A stretch of 64,000 nucleotides of DNA from Octopus vulgaris (GCA_951406725.2 OX597818.1:133362001-133426000), one strand, 5' to 3'. Numbered from the stretch's first letter, positions 25,926 to 39,130 are shown. Notes: generated from the sequence alone by a model not told the origin. Made by a program: numbers and translations.

Positions 25926-27349
25926 AAGAAGCGAGCAATAGAATAAGTATCAAACTTAAAAGATTAAGTACTGATGGTGATTTGATTACCTAAAATTCTT
26001 TCAAAGTGGCGCCCCAGCTTGGCCGCAATCCAATGACAGAAACAAGTAAAAAAAATAAAATCTGATGCATCCAAAAGCTATTACTCATTATTTTGACTGT
26101 CATCTCAGCCTAGTGACTGGGACTCCTGGAAATTTGTTGTGCTTGAGAAGACAAGTCAAGCTAAGTGAAATCATGGTTGTGGCCAGTGCTGGTGACACAT
26201 AAAAGGCACCCATGCTGATGACATGTAAAAGACACCCAGTACACTCTATGAAGTGGTTGGCATTATGAGGGGCATCCAGCCACAGAAACCAAACCAAAAC
26301 GGACTGGAACCTGGTGCAGCTCTCCAGCTTACCAGCTCCAGTCAAACCAACTAACCCATCAATACCAGCATAGAAAACAGATGTTAAATGATGCTGATGA
26401 TGTGATGTTGGAGCTGTTATTCACCTCTCATTTATCCATCGTCTATCACTAAGTGTCATAAAATCACACATTCACTGAGCCAGTGGCTCAAGTGTTAATT
26501 ACACTTTGTATCCATCATAAAAACTTATAGTGATAAGTAGGCCAAGTTTCATATTGTCACACAACCAAGTCTCATGAAATATACAACATAAATTTTCACC
26601 AATAGATCAAGATATAATATTAACCATAATTTTTGTATATACATGGAATCAATAATGAGATCAATATTTTTAAATGAAATAAAAACAAAACAAAACAAAT
26701 ATAGCTGATTTAGGAAACAAAAACAAAAAATGAAAGAAGACAAGGTAAAGATTATCTGTTGATATATATTCAAATCAATCAAACTTAATAACTCTATGCA
26801 TATCATTATTTCCTATGAAAAGTACTAAACTACCAAAGTATCTTGATTACAGCTAGAAGATATTTCTTTGTTTATAGGTTTACTTGTTTTATTTTAGGTT
26901 AATTTTTATTTATTTATTTATTTATTTATTTTTATAAAATGCAGTCTAAAACTCTTTAAAATCAAATCAAAGTGAACTGACTCCAGAATTAATATCTCTG
27001 ACACATGATTCTATCTACACTGTTCTCTTACAAACTATTCTATTATGACAGAGCTCAAAATGTGGTAGATGTTGGTATTATTATAATCATTATTATCATC
27101 AAGTTGGCGAGCTAGCAGGATCGTTAGCACACTGGATGAAATGCTTAGCAGTACTTTGCCCGTCACTACATTCTGAGTTCAAATTCTGCCAAGGTCGACT
27201 TTGCCTTTCATCCTTTCAGGGTCATTAAATTAAGTACCAGTCAAATACTGGGGTTGCTGTAATCTACTTACCCCAACCCCATCCCGCCAAAAAAATAAAT
27301 ATGTGAGGCCTTGTGCTTACAGTAAAAAGGACTACTATTATTATCATTG

Positions 27350-27765
27350 CTTAACACCCAAATCAGATTTGATCATGTATTCCTATGTTCAAAAGCATTC
27401 CAGCAATGACTCTCCTGTCATTTTACAGACAATTTATATCTACAACTAGAACATCTGATATCTTTCTATTTTTAACATAGCATTTCAAAGAGATTATACA
27501 GCTATTTCTAGCAAGTTGAGCATCTTGATAGCGGTTTTCTCATTGCTGTTAATATTTAACCCTAAGTCAGGCCTGGTCGGTCATACTTATGATCGAAGTT
27601 GTTCAAGCCACAGACATCTTGTCATTTCAAATATAATGTATCTTAGACTACAGCTATCAATATGCCTTTCTTCCTTTTAAAAACTGGTGGGTATGATTTG
27701 GAAATTGCTGGTTATTTCAACTGGTTTGAATGACCACATAGATCCCTCATCATAGTTTGTGAGCT
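27350..27765. mobile_element. Two tandem copies of an old ~200-bp interspersed repeat (family F)
   Basis: Shared TTAAC.C....TCAG...TATG.TC.AAG..TTC.AGC...TATTTC pattern; related copies at 49484-49695 and, inverted, ~7170-7330. Confidence 0.5.
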
Positions 27766-27863
27766 GGACTATGATGGTCGTTGACAAATATATAGCATTA
27801 AAAAAATGATAAAATTTACAAATGTTTCCAAATAGATTTTAAAAATGGAAGATATGGAAGATA

Positions 27864-28241
27864 GGCGCAGGAGTGGCTGTGTGGTAAGTAGCTTGCTAAC
27901 CAGCCACATGGTTGCGGGTTCAGTCCCACTGCATGGTATCTTGGGCAAGTGTCTTCTGCTATAGTCCCGGGCCGACCAATGCCTTGTGAGTGGATTTGGT
28001 AGACGGAAACTGAAAGAAGCCTGTCGTATATATGTATATATATGTATATATGTGTATGTATGTGTGTTTGTCCCCCTAGCATTGCTTGACAAACGATGCT
28101 GGTGTGCTTACGTCCCCGTTACTTAGCAGTTATAAGTACTGGGCTTACAAAGAATAAGTCCCGGGGTCGATTTGCTCGACTAAAGGTGGTGCTCTAGCAT
28201 GGCCGCAGTCAAATGACTGAAACAAGTAAAAGAGTAAAGAG
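27864..28241 (+). mobile_element. SINE family B
   Basis: Family B sequence with a small internal deletion. Confidence 0.85.
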
Positions 28242-28934
28242 ATATTAATATGGCATGGAAGGGAGAGAATATTTGTGGCTTTGAAACAATTAGCTATTCA
28301 TGGCATAACAACTTCACTTTTCACTCTTTTTGAACCAACTTTTGGTAATGCAGACCATTAGTGCCCTCTTAACAATAGAACAACATACAAGACAACATGC
28401 TGCCCACCACTAATCTCTCGTCCTCACACAATACTATTAGTCTCCTGGCTATTCACCACTACTACACTCTTTCCCACACACCATCATCACGCATGCCCTG
28501 ACCACATACCTATTTCTTTATTACCCACAAGGGACTAAACATAGAGGGGACAAACAAGGACAGACATAGGTATTAAGTCGATTACATCGACCCCAGTGCA
28601 TAACTGGTACTTAATTTATCGACCCCGAAAGGATGAAAGGCAAAGTCGACCTCGGCGGAATTTGAACTCCACATACCAAAAATACTAACTTTTGATCACT
28701 TGCTTCCACCACTGCCAAAAGTCACAGCACACCACTACCATTACCCTCCTGACCATAACCTCTGCCATTTGTCTTTTGATCAGACACTACTACAACCATT
28801 AGCTTCTTCACAACAGACCACCACACCACCACCACCACCACCACTATCATCATTAGTCTCCTGACTGCACACCACTACCAACAGTCCCCTGGCTACACAC
28901 CATGACAAGTTTCTTAATAACATATCAATATATA

Positions 28935-29392
28935 GGTGCATGCAGAGCTGTGTGGTAAGAAGCTTGCTTCTAAATCACTTGGTTCTGGGTTCAGTCTCAC
29001 TATGTGGCACCTTGTGAGTGAATTTGGTAGATGGAAACTGAAAGAAGCCAGTCATATATATCCGTATACATATATGTATGTGTGTGTGTGTGTCTTTATG
29101 TCTGTTTGTCCCCCACCACTGCTTGATAACCAGTGTTGGATTGTTTATGGGTACATAACTTAGCAGTTTGGGCAAAGAGATAAATAAAATCAGTAACAGG
29201 CTTGAAAAAAATAAACATGGGTCGATTTACAGTTCTATATTTAAGAGATGAGGAATTATGTACATTATTTACATTATCCGTCGAATGTAAATAATGTAAA
29301 TAATGTATGGGTCGATTTATTCAGCTAAAAATTCTTCAAAGGGGTGCTCCAGCATGGCTACAGTCCAGTGACTGAAAAAAGTAAGGGATGAA
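28935..29392 (+). mobile_element. Old SINE family B copy carrying a 77-bp insertion (29230-29306)
   Basis: Family B motifs; insert flanked by the 13-bp duplication ATGGGTCGATTTA. Confidence 0.7.
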
Positions 29393-29844
29393 GGGTATTT
29401 TTCTATTCGAATTCAGCAATTCAATTTTATTTGATAAAAATATTAAGAAGTTTTCTAGTAAATATTTTTTCTCCCTTTTTTTCTCTTTATCAAATCATCA
29501 TCTGAGGAGGGACAGTACCTACAGCCTTAATTTGGGGGGGGGGGGCTGTTGGGAGGAAGGTTAGAATTCAGACTGAAACTTGACCCTAATGCTTTAACCC
29601 TTTTGCATTTAAACTGGCCATATCCGGCCCCAATATTCTACTTGTTTTATGTTCAAACTGTTGTATTCCAGGTCATCTATACATGACATAAACCAAAATA
29701 TCCCTATATATTTTGACTTCACTGGGGTTGATTTTGCTATTCATTACACAGGAATTGATAAAAAATAAATATAGCTTGGTTGTTTGATTAAATCAGTCAC
29801 ACTCTTCAATTCTATTTTGATAGAAATTGTTGTTGTTGTTGTTA

Positions 29845-30657
29845 TTGAGTGAGAGAGCAGTGCATGCCATCAAAGTGACACTGGGGTAAAATATACGAAA
29901 CCCACTATACCTATTTCTTTATTACTCACAAGGGACTAAACATAGAGGGGACAAACAAGGACAGACATAGGTATTAAGTCAATTACATCGACCCCAGTGC
30001 GTAACTGGTACTTAATTTGTTGACCCCGAAAGGATGAAAGGCAAAGTCGACCTCGGCGGAATTTGAACTCACAAAGTAACGGCAGCCGAAATACCACTAA
30101 GCATTTCGCCCGGCGTGCTAATGTTTCTGCCAACTCACCCACTATACCGATCATGACTACCTGTCTGATAAGGGTACATCAACCACATACATCACAACCA
30201 TATGTGTGTGACATTGTGATCTCTTATCAAGTTAAACAGTGCATGACTTTGCAGGTGGGGTCCAGTTAGAATTTTCTTCAGGTTGAGTAGTCTATCCCAC
30301 TCAAAAGGTCCCTGAACACAGGTTGTTTAAGGATGTTGAACGAAACACCCATGTTTCCAGAGGTGAATTGTCCAAACCCCAAAGAATTCCTCTCAACACA
30401 TGACTATGATGCCCCCACCCAATACTTCTGCTTGTGATCAGAGATGCACATATCATCAGCCACTAAGGGACATGTTCAATTGGTTAGGGTCAAACAACTG
30501 ACAACCAAATCTGTGGTATTGAGCAGAATATTTGCTGTAGTCCATCTTTTATACCAAGACAAAACAATGTACTTGATAACACTTCCAATCAATTAAGATG
30601 AGAAGCCATGAGAGCCACTGTCTGGTACTGCATCAGGGCATGGTATTGCATCGGGGC
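29845..30657 (-). mobile_element. Family E repeat interrupted by a young SINE C (29912-30137)
   Basis: Reverse complement of 7622-8155; nested SINE has TSD CCCACTATACC. Confidence 0.8.
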
Positions 30658-30976
30658 TTTATTATTATTATTATTAATGGCAAGCTGGCAGAATCATTAG
30701 AGCATTGGAAAATGCCTTGTGCTATTTGTTCTGGTTCCTTACATTTCCACTTCAAATCTCACTATGATCAACTTTGGCTTTCATCTCTCCTCTCGGTCAA
30801 TAAAATAAAGTATCAACCGAGTGCTTGGGTGATGGAATCTACTAAATATTCTCTTCTCAAAAATATCTGGATTGTGTCTAAATCGGAAACCACTATCAGC
30901 AGTACCAGACACAAAAGAAAATAGTCCAATATACAGCTTTTTGTTCAGTGTCAATAATATTCATTTCATTTGCTCT

Positions 30977-31600
30977 GGCAGCCAGCTGGCAGAATTGTTA
31001 GCATGCCAGGCGAAATGCTTTGCGGTATATATCGTCTGCTTGTTACATTCTGAGTTCAAATTCCGCCAAGGTCGACTTTGCCTTTCATTCTTTCGGGGTC
31101 GGTTAAATAAGTACCAGTTACGCACAAAGGTCAATATAATCTATTTAATCCGTTTGTCTATCCTTGTTTGTCCCCTCTATGTTTAGCCCCTTGTGGGCAA
31201 TAAAGCAATAGGTATTTCGTCTGCTGTTACGTTCTGAGTTCAAATTCTGCCGAGGTCGACTTTGCCTTTCATCCTTTCGGGGTCAATAAATAAAGTACCA
31301 GTTGAGCACTGGGGTCGATGTAATCGACTTAATCCCTTTCTCAGTCCTTGTTTGTCCCCTCTATGTTTAGCCCCTTGTGGGTAGTAAAGAAATAAGAATT
31401 GTTAGCATGCTGGAGAAAATGCTCAGCAGCATTTTGTCTGTCATTATGTTCTGGGTTCAAATGCCACTGGGGCCAACTTTACCCTTCATCCATACAGGGT
31501 CAATAAAATAAGTACCAGTTGAGCACTAGGGTCAGTTCAATTAACTTAGCCCCTCTCCTGAAATTGCTGGCCTTGTGCCAAAATTCAAAACCAATATTTA
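30977..31600 (+). mobile_element. Tandem/nested SINE family C array (three units)
   Basis: The tail ...AATAGGTA runs directly into the internal GGTATTTCGTCTG of the next unit at ~31212. Confidence 0.8.
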
Positions 31601-32049
31601 TTTCATTTGCTGTCATGATGTTGAATAAAGAGAAGATCACAGGACAAATGACAGAAATGGGGTTGGGGTTAAACAAAATTTATTACATAAAACAGATACA
31701 GAATAGCAAAGTATAGGAAAGGGATTTAACAAGACATCCCAACAGGAGAATAGATACTACTTAAGGTCAATTAAGGAAACTCCTAGATCCAAGAATTCCT
31801 TGACTATCAATAACCATGAGCAAATGCTATGTTTTCCAGCCTACAGGTGAATGCAAAGAGTAGGACCCCTCTTGTGGACCATTCATGCCACTGTCACCTA
31901 CCCTCTCACAAATTCACTGACGGACAGTAACTCTCTTTACATCATCACCTTTCTCTCCAGAAGAATATACACAGAGAAATGCTGCCAACAAGGTAAAAAT
32001 CAGCCATGATTTCAGAGAGTTTTGTATTTAGCATAAAGATATTAAATTG

Positions 32050-33530
32050 GCTATCCATGGGAACTTCTATAATTAAATGACCTAGTTCTCATACCTGAAT
32101 ATATTGAACAAACAGTGAAGAAATTCCAGACATTAATGCAAAGCTAAAAATCCAGAGACCTTAAAGTAAGTCTAGCAAAGACAAGGATTTTAGTTAGCAG
32201 GAAAGAAGAAAGGAGGCTAATACCATCTGTGAATAGACCATGTTCAAAGTGCCAAAAAGGAATAGGTAGGATTTCAATAGGGTGTAACCAATTTAAACTA
32301 TGGGTTTACATACAATAGGTGGAATCATAGGCAAGCTGACAACTGAAGGACTTTGTATGTAGTAGATGCATTCATACAATAACTGGAACTCCATTGGTTA
32401 TGATGACGAGGGTTTCATTTGATCCAATCAATGGAACAGCCAGCTTGTGAAATTTAAGTGCAAGCGGCTGAGCACTCCACAGACACATGTACCTTTAACG
32501 TAGTTCTCAGGGAGATTCAGTGTAACACAGAATGTGACAAGGCTGGCTCTTTGAAATACAGGTGCTACTCATTTTTCCCAGCTGACTAGATTGGAGATAC
32601 ATGAAATAAAGTGTCTTGCTCAAGGACATAATGCTTTGCCAGGAATTGAACTTATGACCTTACAATCATGAGCCAAATATCCTAACCACTAAGTCACGTA
32701 CCTTCACTACTCATGCAATAAATTGTGAGTACAATACTTTCAAGACACCTCATTAGATTGCTCAATGTATTAACTAATTCTGGGGAGCCCTCTAAAAATT
32801 TAAAACTCATGCAATAATTGTGTTAAATTTTCAGAGAGCACCCTGAAATTACTTAATACATTTTGTTACTTAGGCAATCTTATGAGGTGTCTTGAAAGAA
32901 TTGTACTCAAACTAAGAAAAGGAAGGATAAAGTTCATCAAACAAAGACAGAATGGAAGATAATTAAGTACAAATATGATGCTGCATGGCAGTAAAATATG
33001 GGCATTGAAAGTGGAGGATATGCAAAGAATAAGAAAGAATGCTCCACTAGGTGTTAATGTTAGTAAGCATGAACATCATCATCATCATCATTTAACGTCT
33101 GTTTTCCGCGCTAGCATGGGTTGGACGGTTCAACCGGGGTCTGGGAAGCCAGGAGGCTGCACCAGGCTCCAGTCTGATCCAGGAAGTACAAATGAACTGA
33201 CAGAAAAAACTGGTTCTAAGAGGAATTAGAGGTAGTGCACAAGAGAGACTAAGTCAATATAGATGATACATATGAAGGCTGGTAATTAGGAAAAGAAAAA
33301 ATGGCAAATAATTGAAGTTAAAGGAATTTACAGAAAAAGAAGACCAAGGAAAATATGTGAAGATATGGTGAAGGCTGATCTCAGGAGGCTGAATCTCTAG
33401 AAGGAGTTAAGAAAAGACTGCAATAAATGGCGTGACACTCTGCAGCGAATAGTGAACAGCAATGTTAAAGAAGACCTATCCAACCCATGCAAGTATAGCA
33501 AACCAAATGCAAAAAGGTAATGATGATGAT
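32050..33530 (+). pseudogene. Old RTE LINE 3' part (RT C-terminus), interrupted by a SINE (32385-32707) and an RTE-UTR fragment
   Basis: PWELL, DLKVSLAKTRILVS, PCSKCQKGIGRISIGC, FCYLG, MLHGSKIW and RRPRK motifs parallel 44720-45647. Confidence 0.7.
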
Positions 33531-33839
33531 TGGTGGTATCTATACAACAAGCTTCTGTAAAGTTTCCACTCATAAGGCATTAGTTAACTTGAGGTTATGG
33601 TAGAAGACACTTAACCAAGATGCCATACAATGACATCAAATTTTGAACCAAGTCATTGCAAAGCAAATTTCTTAACCACACTGATGCTCTTTTTTTTATA
33701 AATCCTAAAATGAAGAATAGCAAAGTTATTACCAAAATCTTGTGAACTCAGAACATAAAGAGATGTATATAGATACTGCTAATGCATCAATTTTTGCCAC
33801 TACCTTCTCTATAGCAAGAAAAATATACATGATAATTAT

Positions 33840-34270
33840 ATAACTAGAGAAGTATGTTAGCAAAAACGAAGGCAGTCTTATATGTGCAACCAAGAAGATC
33901 AACAGAGAATAAATGCAGAGAAGAATTACAAAATCAAAAGGTAAGAATGAAAAACTGGCAAGAAAATGTATTATAAGGTCAATTATACAAACAGATGAGG
34001 ATAGAAAAAGGATAGTGCACTTGGATGAGAGATGGAGTACCAGAGACAGGAAATGGAAACCTTGATTATTGCCACACAAAAGCAATCAACTAGAATAAAC
34101 TTTGTTTAATGACAAAAGTGGACAGAAGCCAGAATGATATTAGAGTCAGATGTGAGGCAATGTTGAGGAAAATCTCAAATATATAGTGTATGGACATAAC
34201 TAGATGTCACAAAAATGAAATGTAAGATGCAATATGATAGAGGAAAAGAAAATACACAGTGAGAGGAGAG
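33840..34270 (+). pseudogene. Decayed Dong/R4-clade LINE fragment (region preceding the CCHC knuckle)
   Basis: WMRDG..QEMETLIIATQKQSTRINFV..KVDRSQNDIR resembles the WL..G.LK.ETE.LI.AAQ.Q.LRTN...KID consensus; many stops. Confidence 0.45.
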
Positions 34271-34569
34271 AAAATTTGATTCCAGTAGATAGTAAAGGGT
34301 ACAGCTATAGTTCAAAAGATGTTGTTGAAATGCCTGTTGTATGATAACAGGATTTCCCTGCAGAAAATGAATAAGTAACAGAACTAGAGGGACCCAAAAT
34401 TGTTTTAATGGAGAAAAAAAGTTTTAAAAATGAAAATATGAATGGTCTTAGATTTTTCTATTATATGTAAGTAAATTTGAAAGAAAATAAAATAAAACAG
34501 TTTAAAAGCTTTTAAAAACTTTGCAAAAGGCTCTTTCAGAATAGAAGATGGTAGTCATTTTGTAACAAT

Positions 34570-34952
34570 GATGGAAGCACTCCATCGGTTACGACGACGA
34601 GGGTTCTGGTTGATCTGATCAACGGAACAGCCTGCTCGTGAAATTAACGTGTAAGTGGCTGAGCACTCCACAGACACGTGTACCCTTAACGTAGTTCTCG
34701 GGGATATTCAGCGTGACACAGAGAGTGACAAGGCCGGCCCTTTGAAATACAGGTACAACAGAAACAGGAAATAAGAGTGAGAGAAAGTTGTGGTGAAAGA
34801 GTACAGCAGGGATCACCACCATCCCCTGCCGGAGCCTCGTGGAGCTTTAGGTGTTTTCGCTCAATAAACACTCACAACGCCCAGTCTGGGAATCGAAACC
34901 GCGATCCTACGACCGCGAGTCCGCTGCCCTAACCACTGGGCCATTGCGCCTC
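34570..34952 (-). mobile_element. SINE family A, full length
   Basis: Reverse complement of 1544-1904; TSD TTTTGTAACAAT on both sides. Confidence 0.85.
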
Positions 34953-35188
34953 TACTTTTGTAACAATACACAACAGTTCTAATGTCTCTAATTAGGTTTG
35001 CTACAAGTGCTGCTATGATAGCTATGACTTTTACCTATATGTCTCAGGGCTTCTTTGCATGTACCCGAGTTGTTTCTTACCAAGAATCTTGCTTGACATT
35101 CCATCTCTTCACCTTTATGGAATAATAACAATAAAAATAATAATCAAGCCTACAGAAGATGCTTGTCACTGTCACATAACTGTTACCC

Positions 35189-36180
35189 ATGCTGGTGGCA
35201 CATAAAAAGCACCTTTCAAGTGTTGGGCCTCATGGAGGCAATGTGACCAATGCTGGTGTTGCAGTGCTAGCAACCATGCCAGTGGCACATAAAAAGCACC
35301 TTTCAAGTGTTGGGCCTCATGGAGGCAATGTGACCAATGCTGGTGTTGCAGTGCTAGCAACCATGCCAGTGGCACATAAAAAGCACCTTTCAAGTGTTGG
35401 GCCTCATGGAGGCAATGTGACCAATGCTGGTGTTGCAGTGCTAGCAACCATGCCAGTGGCACATAAAAAGCACCTTTCAAGTGTTGGGCCTCATGGAGGT
35501 AATGTGACCAATGCTGGTGTTGCAGTGCTAGCAACCGTGCCAGTGGCACATAAAAAGCACTTTTCAAGTGTTGGGCCTCATGGAGGCAATGTGACCAATG
35601 CTGGTGTTGCAGTGCTAGCAACCATGCCAGTGGCACATAAAAAGCACCTTTCAAGTGTTGGGCCTCATGGAGGTAATGTGACCAATGCTGGTGTTGCAGT
35701 GCTAGCAACCATGCCAGTGGCACATAAAAAGCACCTTTCAAGTGTTGGGCCTCATGGAGGTAATGTGACCAATGCTGGTGTTGCAGTGCTAGCAACCATG
35801 CCAGTGGCACATAAAAAGCACCTTTCAAGTGTTGGGCCTCATGGAGGCAATGTGACCAATGCTGGTGTTGCAGTGCTAGCAACCATGCCAGTGGCACATA
35901 AAAAGCACCTTTCAAGTGTTAGGCCTCATGGAGGTAATGGACCAATGCTGGTGTTGCAGTGCTAGCAACCATGCCAGTGGCACATGCACCTTGCATGGAG
36001 GCAATGTGACCAATGCTGGTGTTGCAGTGCTAGCAACCATGCCAGTGGCACATAAAAAGCACCTTTCAAGTGTTGGGCCTCATGGAGGCAATGTGACCAA
36101 TGCTGGTGTTGCAGTGCTAGCAACCATGCCAGTGGCACATAAAAAGCACCTTTCAAGTGCTGGGCCTCACAGAGGCAATA
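35189..36180 (+). repeat. 87-bp minisatellite, ~11.5 near-identical units, derived from an RTE 3' UTR
   Basis: Units start at 35189, 35276, 35363, 35450, 35537, 35624, 35711, 35798, 35885, 35970, 36039 and 36126; the last unit runs into an ordinary RTE 3' UTR ending in (GAT)n at ~36452-36515. Confidence 0.92.
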
Positions 36181-36974
36181 ACAAATAAATTAGACTCTTG
36201 GTAATATGCTGTGCTTGAAAAGGAAGATCCATCGAGCCAAGTGAAATCATAGTCATGACAGATACTGGTGTCACACAATTGGCGCCGGTGCTGATGGCAC
36301 ATAAAAGCACCCATTACTCTCAGAGTGGTTGGTGTTAGGAAGGGCATCGAGCCATAGAAACCATGCCAAATTCAGACTGGAATCTGGTGCAGCCCCTCAG
36401 CTTACCAAATCTGGTCAAACTGTCCAACCTATGTCAGCTTGGACAACAGATATGATGATGATGATGATGATGATGACGATGATGATGATGATGATGATGA
36501 TGATTATGATGATGATAAGCATACACAAATCATTATCCAATAAAACGACAGAAACTCAACGCAATAATACATAAACCATAGAGCACATCAGTGGACCATA
36601 ACCTGGTGGATAGTGTCACTTTAGTAGGTGTCATGAGCGTACAAGTAGGTAGAAAATATCAAAAGAAGTGCTCTGGGTATGTGAGGTGTCTAGAGAGGTT
36701 GATGGTTTTTTTGCTTTTAGAGAAATAAAATATTTAAATCAGGAACAATACTTATATACTTTTAAACATATTTTGTACAATGAACTTTGTTGGGACTATG
36801 CAATGGAATAAAAGGTAAGTTTCAAAAAGTTGATATCCAGATCACAAAAGCAAGGTTTGAAGGGAATAGTAGTAATTTCCTTTGATTTCTAGATAGAAGC
36901 AAATAGGAACTTGCTTACCAAAAACAAAAAAACAAATAAATAATAATAATAATAATAATAATAATTCATTTTTA

Positions 36975-37700
36975 TGTCAACAACAAAATGAAACCATTGA
37001 TCATGTTGTCTCCAAGTGCAGTCTTCTAGCGCCTACAGAGTATCTCAACAGGCATGATAGAGCTGCACAATTTATTCACTGGGTAATCTGCAAAAACCTG
37101 GATTTGCCCCATGAAAAAAACTGGTGGGAACACAAACCACCCCCAGTGCTTAAAAATTACCACATCTCACTCCTCTGGAACTTCCCCATTCAAACTGACA
37201 GAAAGATAGATGCAAATAGGCCAGACATCATATTGAAAGACTTCAGACAAAGAACATGCCTCATCATTGATATAACTGTCCCAATCGATATAAACATATC
37301 TGTCAAGACCTACCAAAAACTGAGCAAATATAAAGATCTTGAAATAGAAATCAGCAAAATGTGGAACCTGAAGACTAAAACAATACCTGTTGTCATAGGT
37401 GCCCTGGGAATGATAGCGAAAGGGACTGATTGCTACCTAACTCAGATACCAGGAAACCCCAAAATGGCAGAAATTCAAAAGATAGTGCTCATGGGAACTG
37501 CTCATATCCTACGCAAAATACTTTCTATGTAATCTCAAGGTTTAAAACAAACATAATTTTTTTTCTTTTGTTTTTAGACATCCACTAGTACAACACCAAA
37601 AAAAAAAAAACCAAATATATGGCACACTAGGCATAACAACGTGAACTTCCAACCTGTTGTCTCTTGAGGTCTCTGAGTGAGACTTGGAGCCAACTTGTAC
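36975..37700 (+). mobile_element. 5'-truncated Dong/R4-clade non-LTR retrotransposon: CCHC knuckle, restriction-like endonuclease and 3' UTR
   Basis: NETIDHVVSKC..LAPTEYLNRHD, then ORF 37104-37532 with ANRPDII, IIDITVP, KLSKYKDL and IPVVIGALG; directly preceded by (TAA)n, the known Dong target. Confidence 0.88.
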
Positions 37701-37704
37701 AGTC

Positions 37705-38002
37705 TTTTAGCTTTTATCTTTTACTTGTCACAATCATCAGGCTGCAGCCATGCTGGAGCACTGCACCGAAGAATTTTCAGTCAAGTGAATCAACCCTAGT
37801 ATTTACTGTTTTTTAAAGCTTAGTACTTATAGGTGTAGGCATAGAAGTGGCTGTGTGGTAAGTAGCTTGCTTACGAACCACATGGTTTTGGGTTCAGTGC
37901 CACTGCGTGGCACCCTGGGCAAGTGTCTTCTACTATAGCCTCAGGCCGACCAAAGCCTTGTGAGTGGATTTGGTAGATGGAAACTGAAAGAAGCTCGTCG
38001 TA

Positions 38003-38051
<49 letters not shown>

Positions 38052-38500
38052 GTATATATATATATGTATATGTATGTGTGTGTATATGCTTGTGTGTCAT
38101 CGCTTGACAACCGATGCTGGTGTGTTTACGTCACCGTAACTTAGCAGTTCAGCAAAAGAGACCGATAGAATAAGTACTAGGCTTACAAAGAATAAGTCCT
38201 GGGGTCGATTTGCTCGACTAAAGGCAGTATACTATCAGTCTCTTTTGCCAAACTACTGTTACGGGGATGTAAACATACCAACACCAGTTGTCAAGCAGTA
38301 GAGGAGGACACATACACAAACACACACACACACACATTTCATGATGGGCTTCTTTCAGTTTCCGTTTACCAAAGCCACTCACAAGGCTTTGGACTGCAGC
38401 AATAGTAGAAGACACTTTCAAAAGGTGCCACACAGTGGGACTGAACCTACCGCCATGTCGTTAGGAAACAGGCTTCTTACGACACAGTCACACCTGTACC
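37705..38500. mobile_element. SINE B (+, 37832-38227) nested in an older SINE B (-)
   Basis: Minus-strand 3' part at 37705-37830 and 5' part at 38230-38500 flank a plus-strand copy. Confidence 0.75.
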
Positions 38501-38751
38501 TATATAACAAAGTTATGAATAAAATGCTTATTTAAGATGCTCACGCACTAATGTACACTTTCTGAAGTTTTAAATAATATTTTCTTTTAATCTACAGCAT
38601 ACCTGGATATGCTTTACAGTGCACTACTGTGTCACAATGCACCTATGTCCTGCAGAATACCAATGCATTGTGGCACACTGATTAAAAATACCACTCAAGT
38701 AATATCAGAGAAAAACAAACACCACACTAAAGCAAAACAGATGCAACATAC

Positions 38752-38769
38752 AAAGACAACTCTGAAAAG
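38752..38769 (-). CDS. Candidate 18-nt microexon (CTTTTCAGAGTTGTCTTT)
   Basis: Upstream ctaat...tctgctgtattgcttctc(t)ncag with two UGC motifs; donor |gtatgt. Confidence 0.4.
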
Positions 38770-38935
38770 CTGAAAAAAAAAGAGAAGCAATACAGCAGAT
38801 AGATTAGGAACAGAGAAGAGCACCTAGGGGCCCATAAAACTGTTGAAAACAAGATAGAAATAATAATAAACCTAGAATATAGTGTTATATATTTTTAACA
38901 TCTGTTAATTGGAGATCATAAGAGATATCAAGATA

Positions 38936-39098
38936 TCTTCTTCTTCTTCTTCTTCTACTTTTCTTCTACTTCTTCTCCTTCTTCCTTTTCTTTTCTTCTT
39001 CTTCCTTTTCTTCCTTTTCTTCTTCTTCTTCTTCTCTTCTTCTTCTTCTTCCTTTTCTTCTTCTTCTTCTTCCTTTTCTTCTTCTTCTTCTTCTCTTT

Positions 39099-39130
<32 letters not shown>

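Noticed and set aside
35189-36180. CRISPR array
   Set aside because: Units are identical end to end with no unique spacers, no cas genes, and eukaryotic retroelement context.
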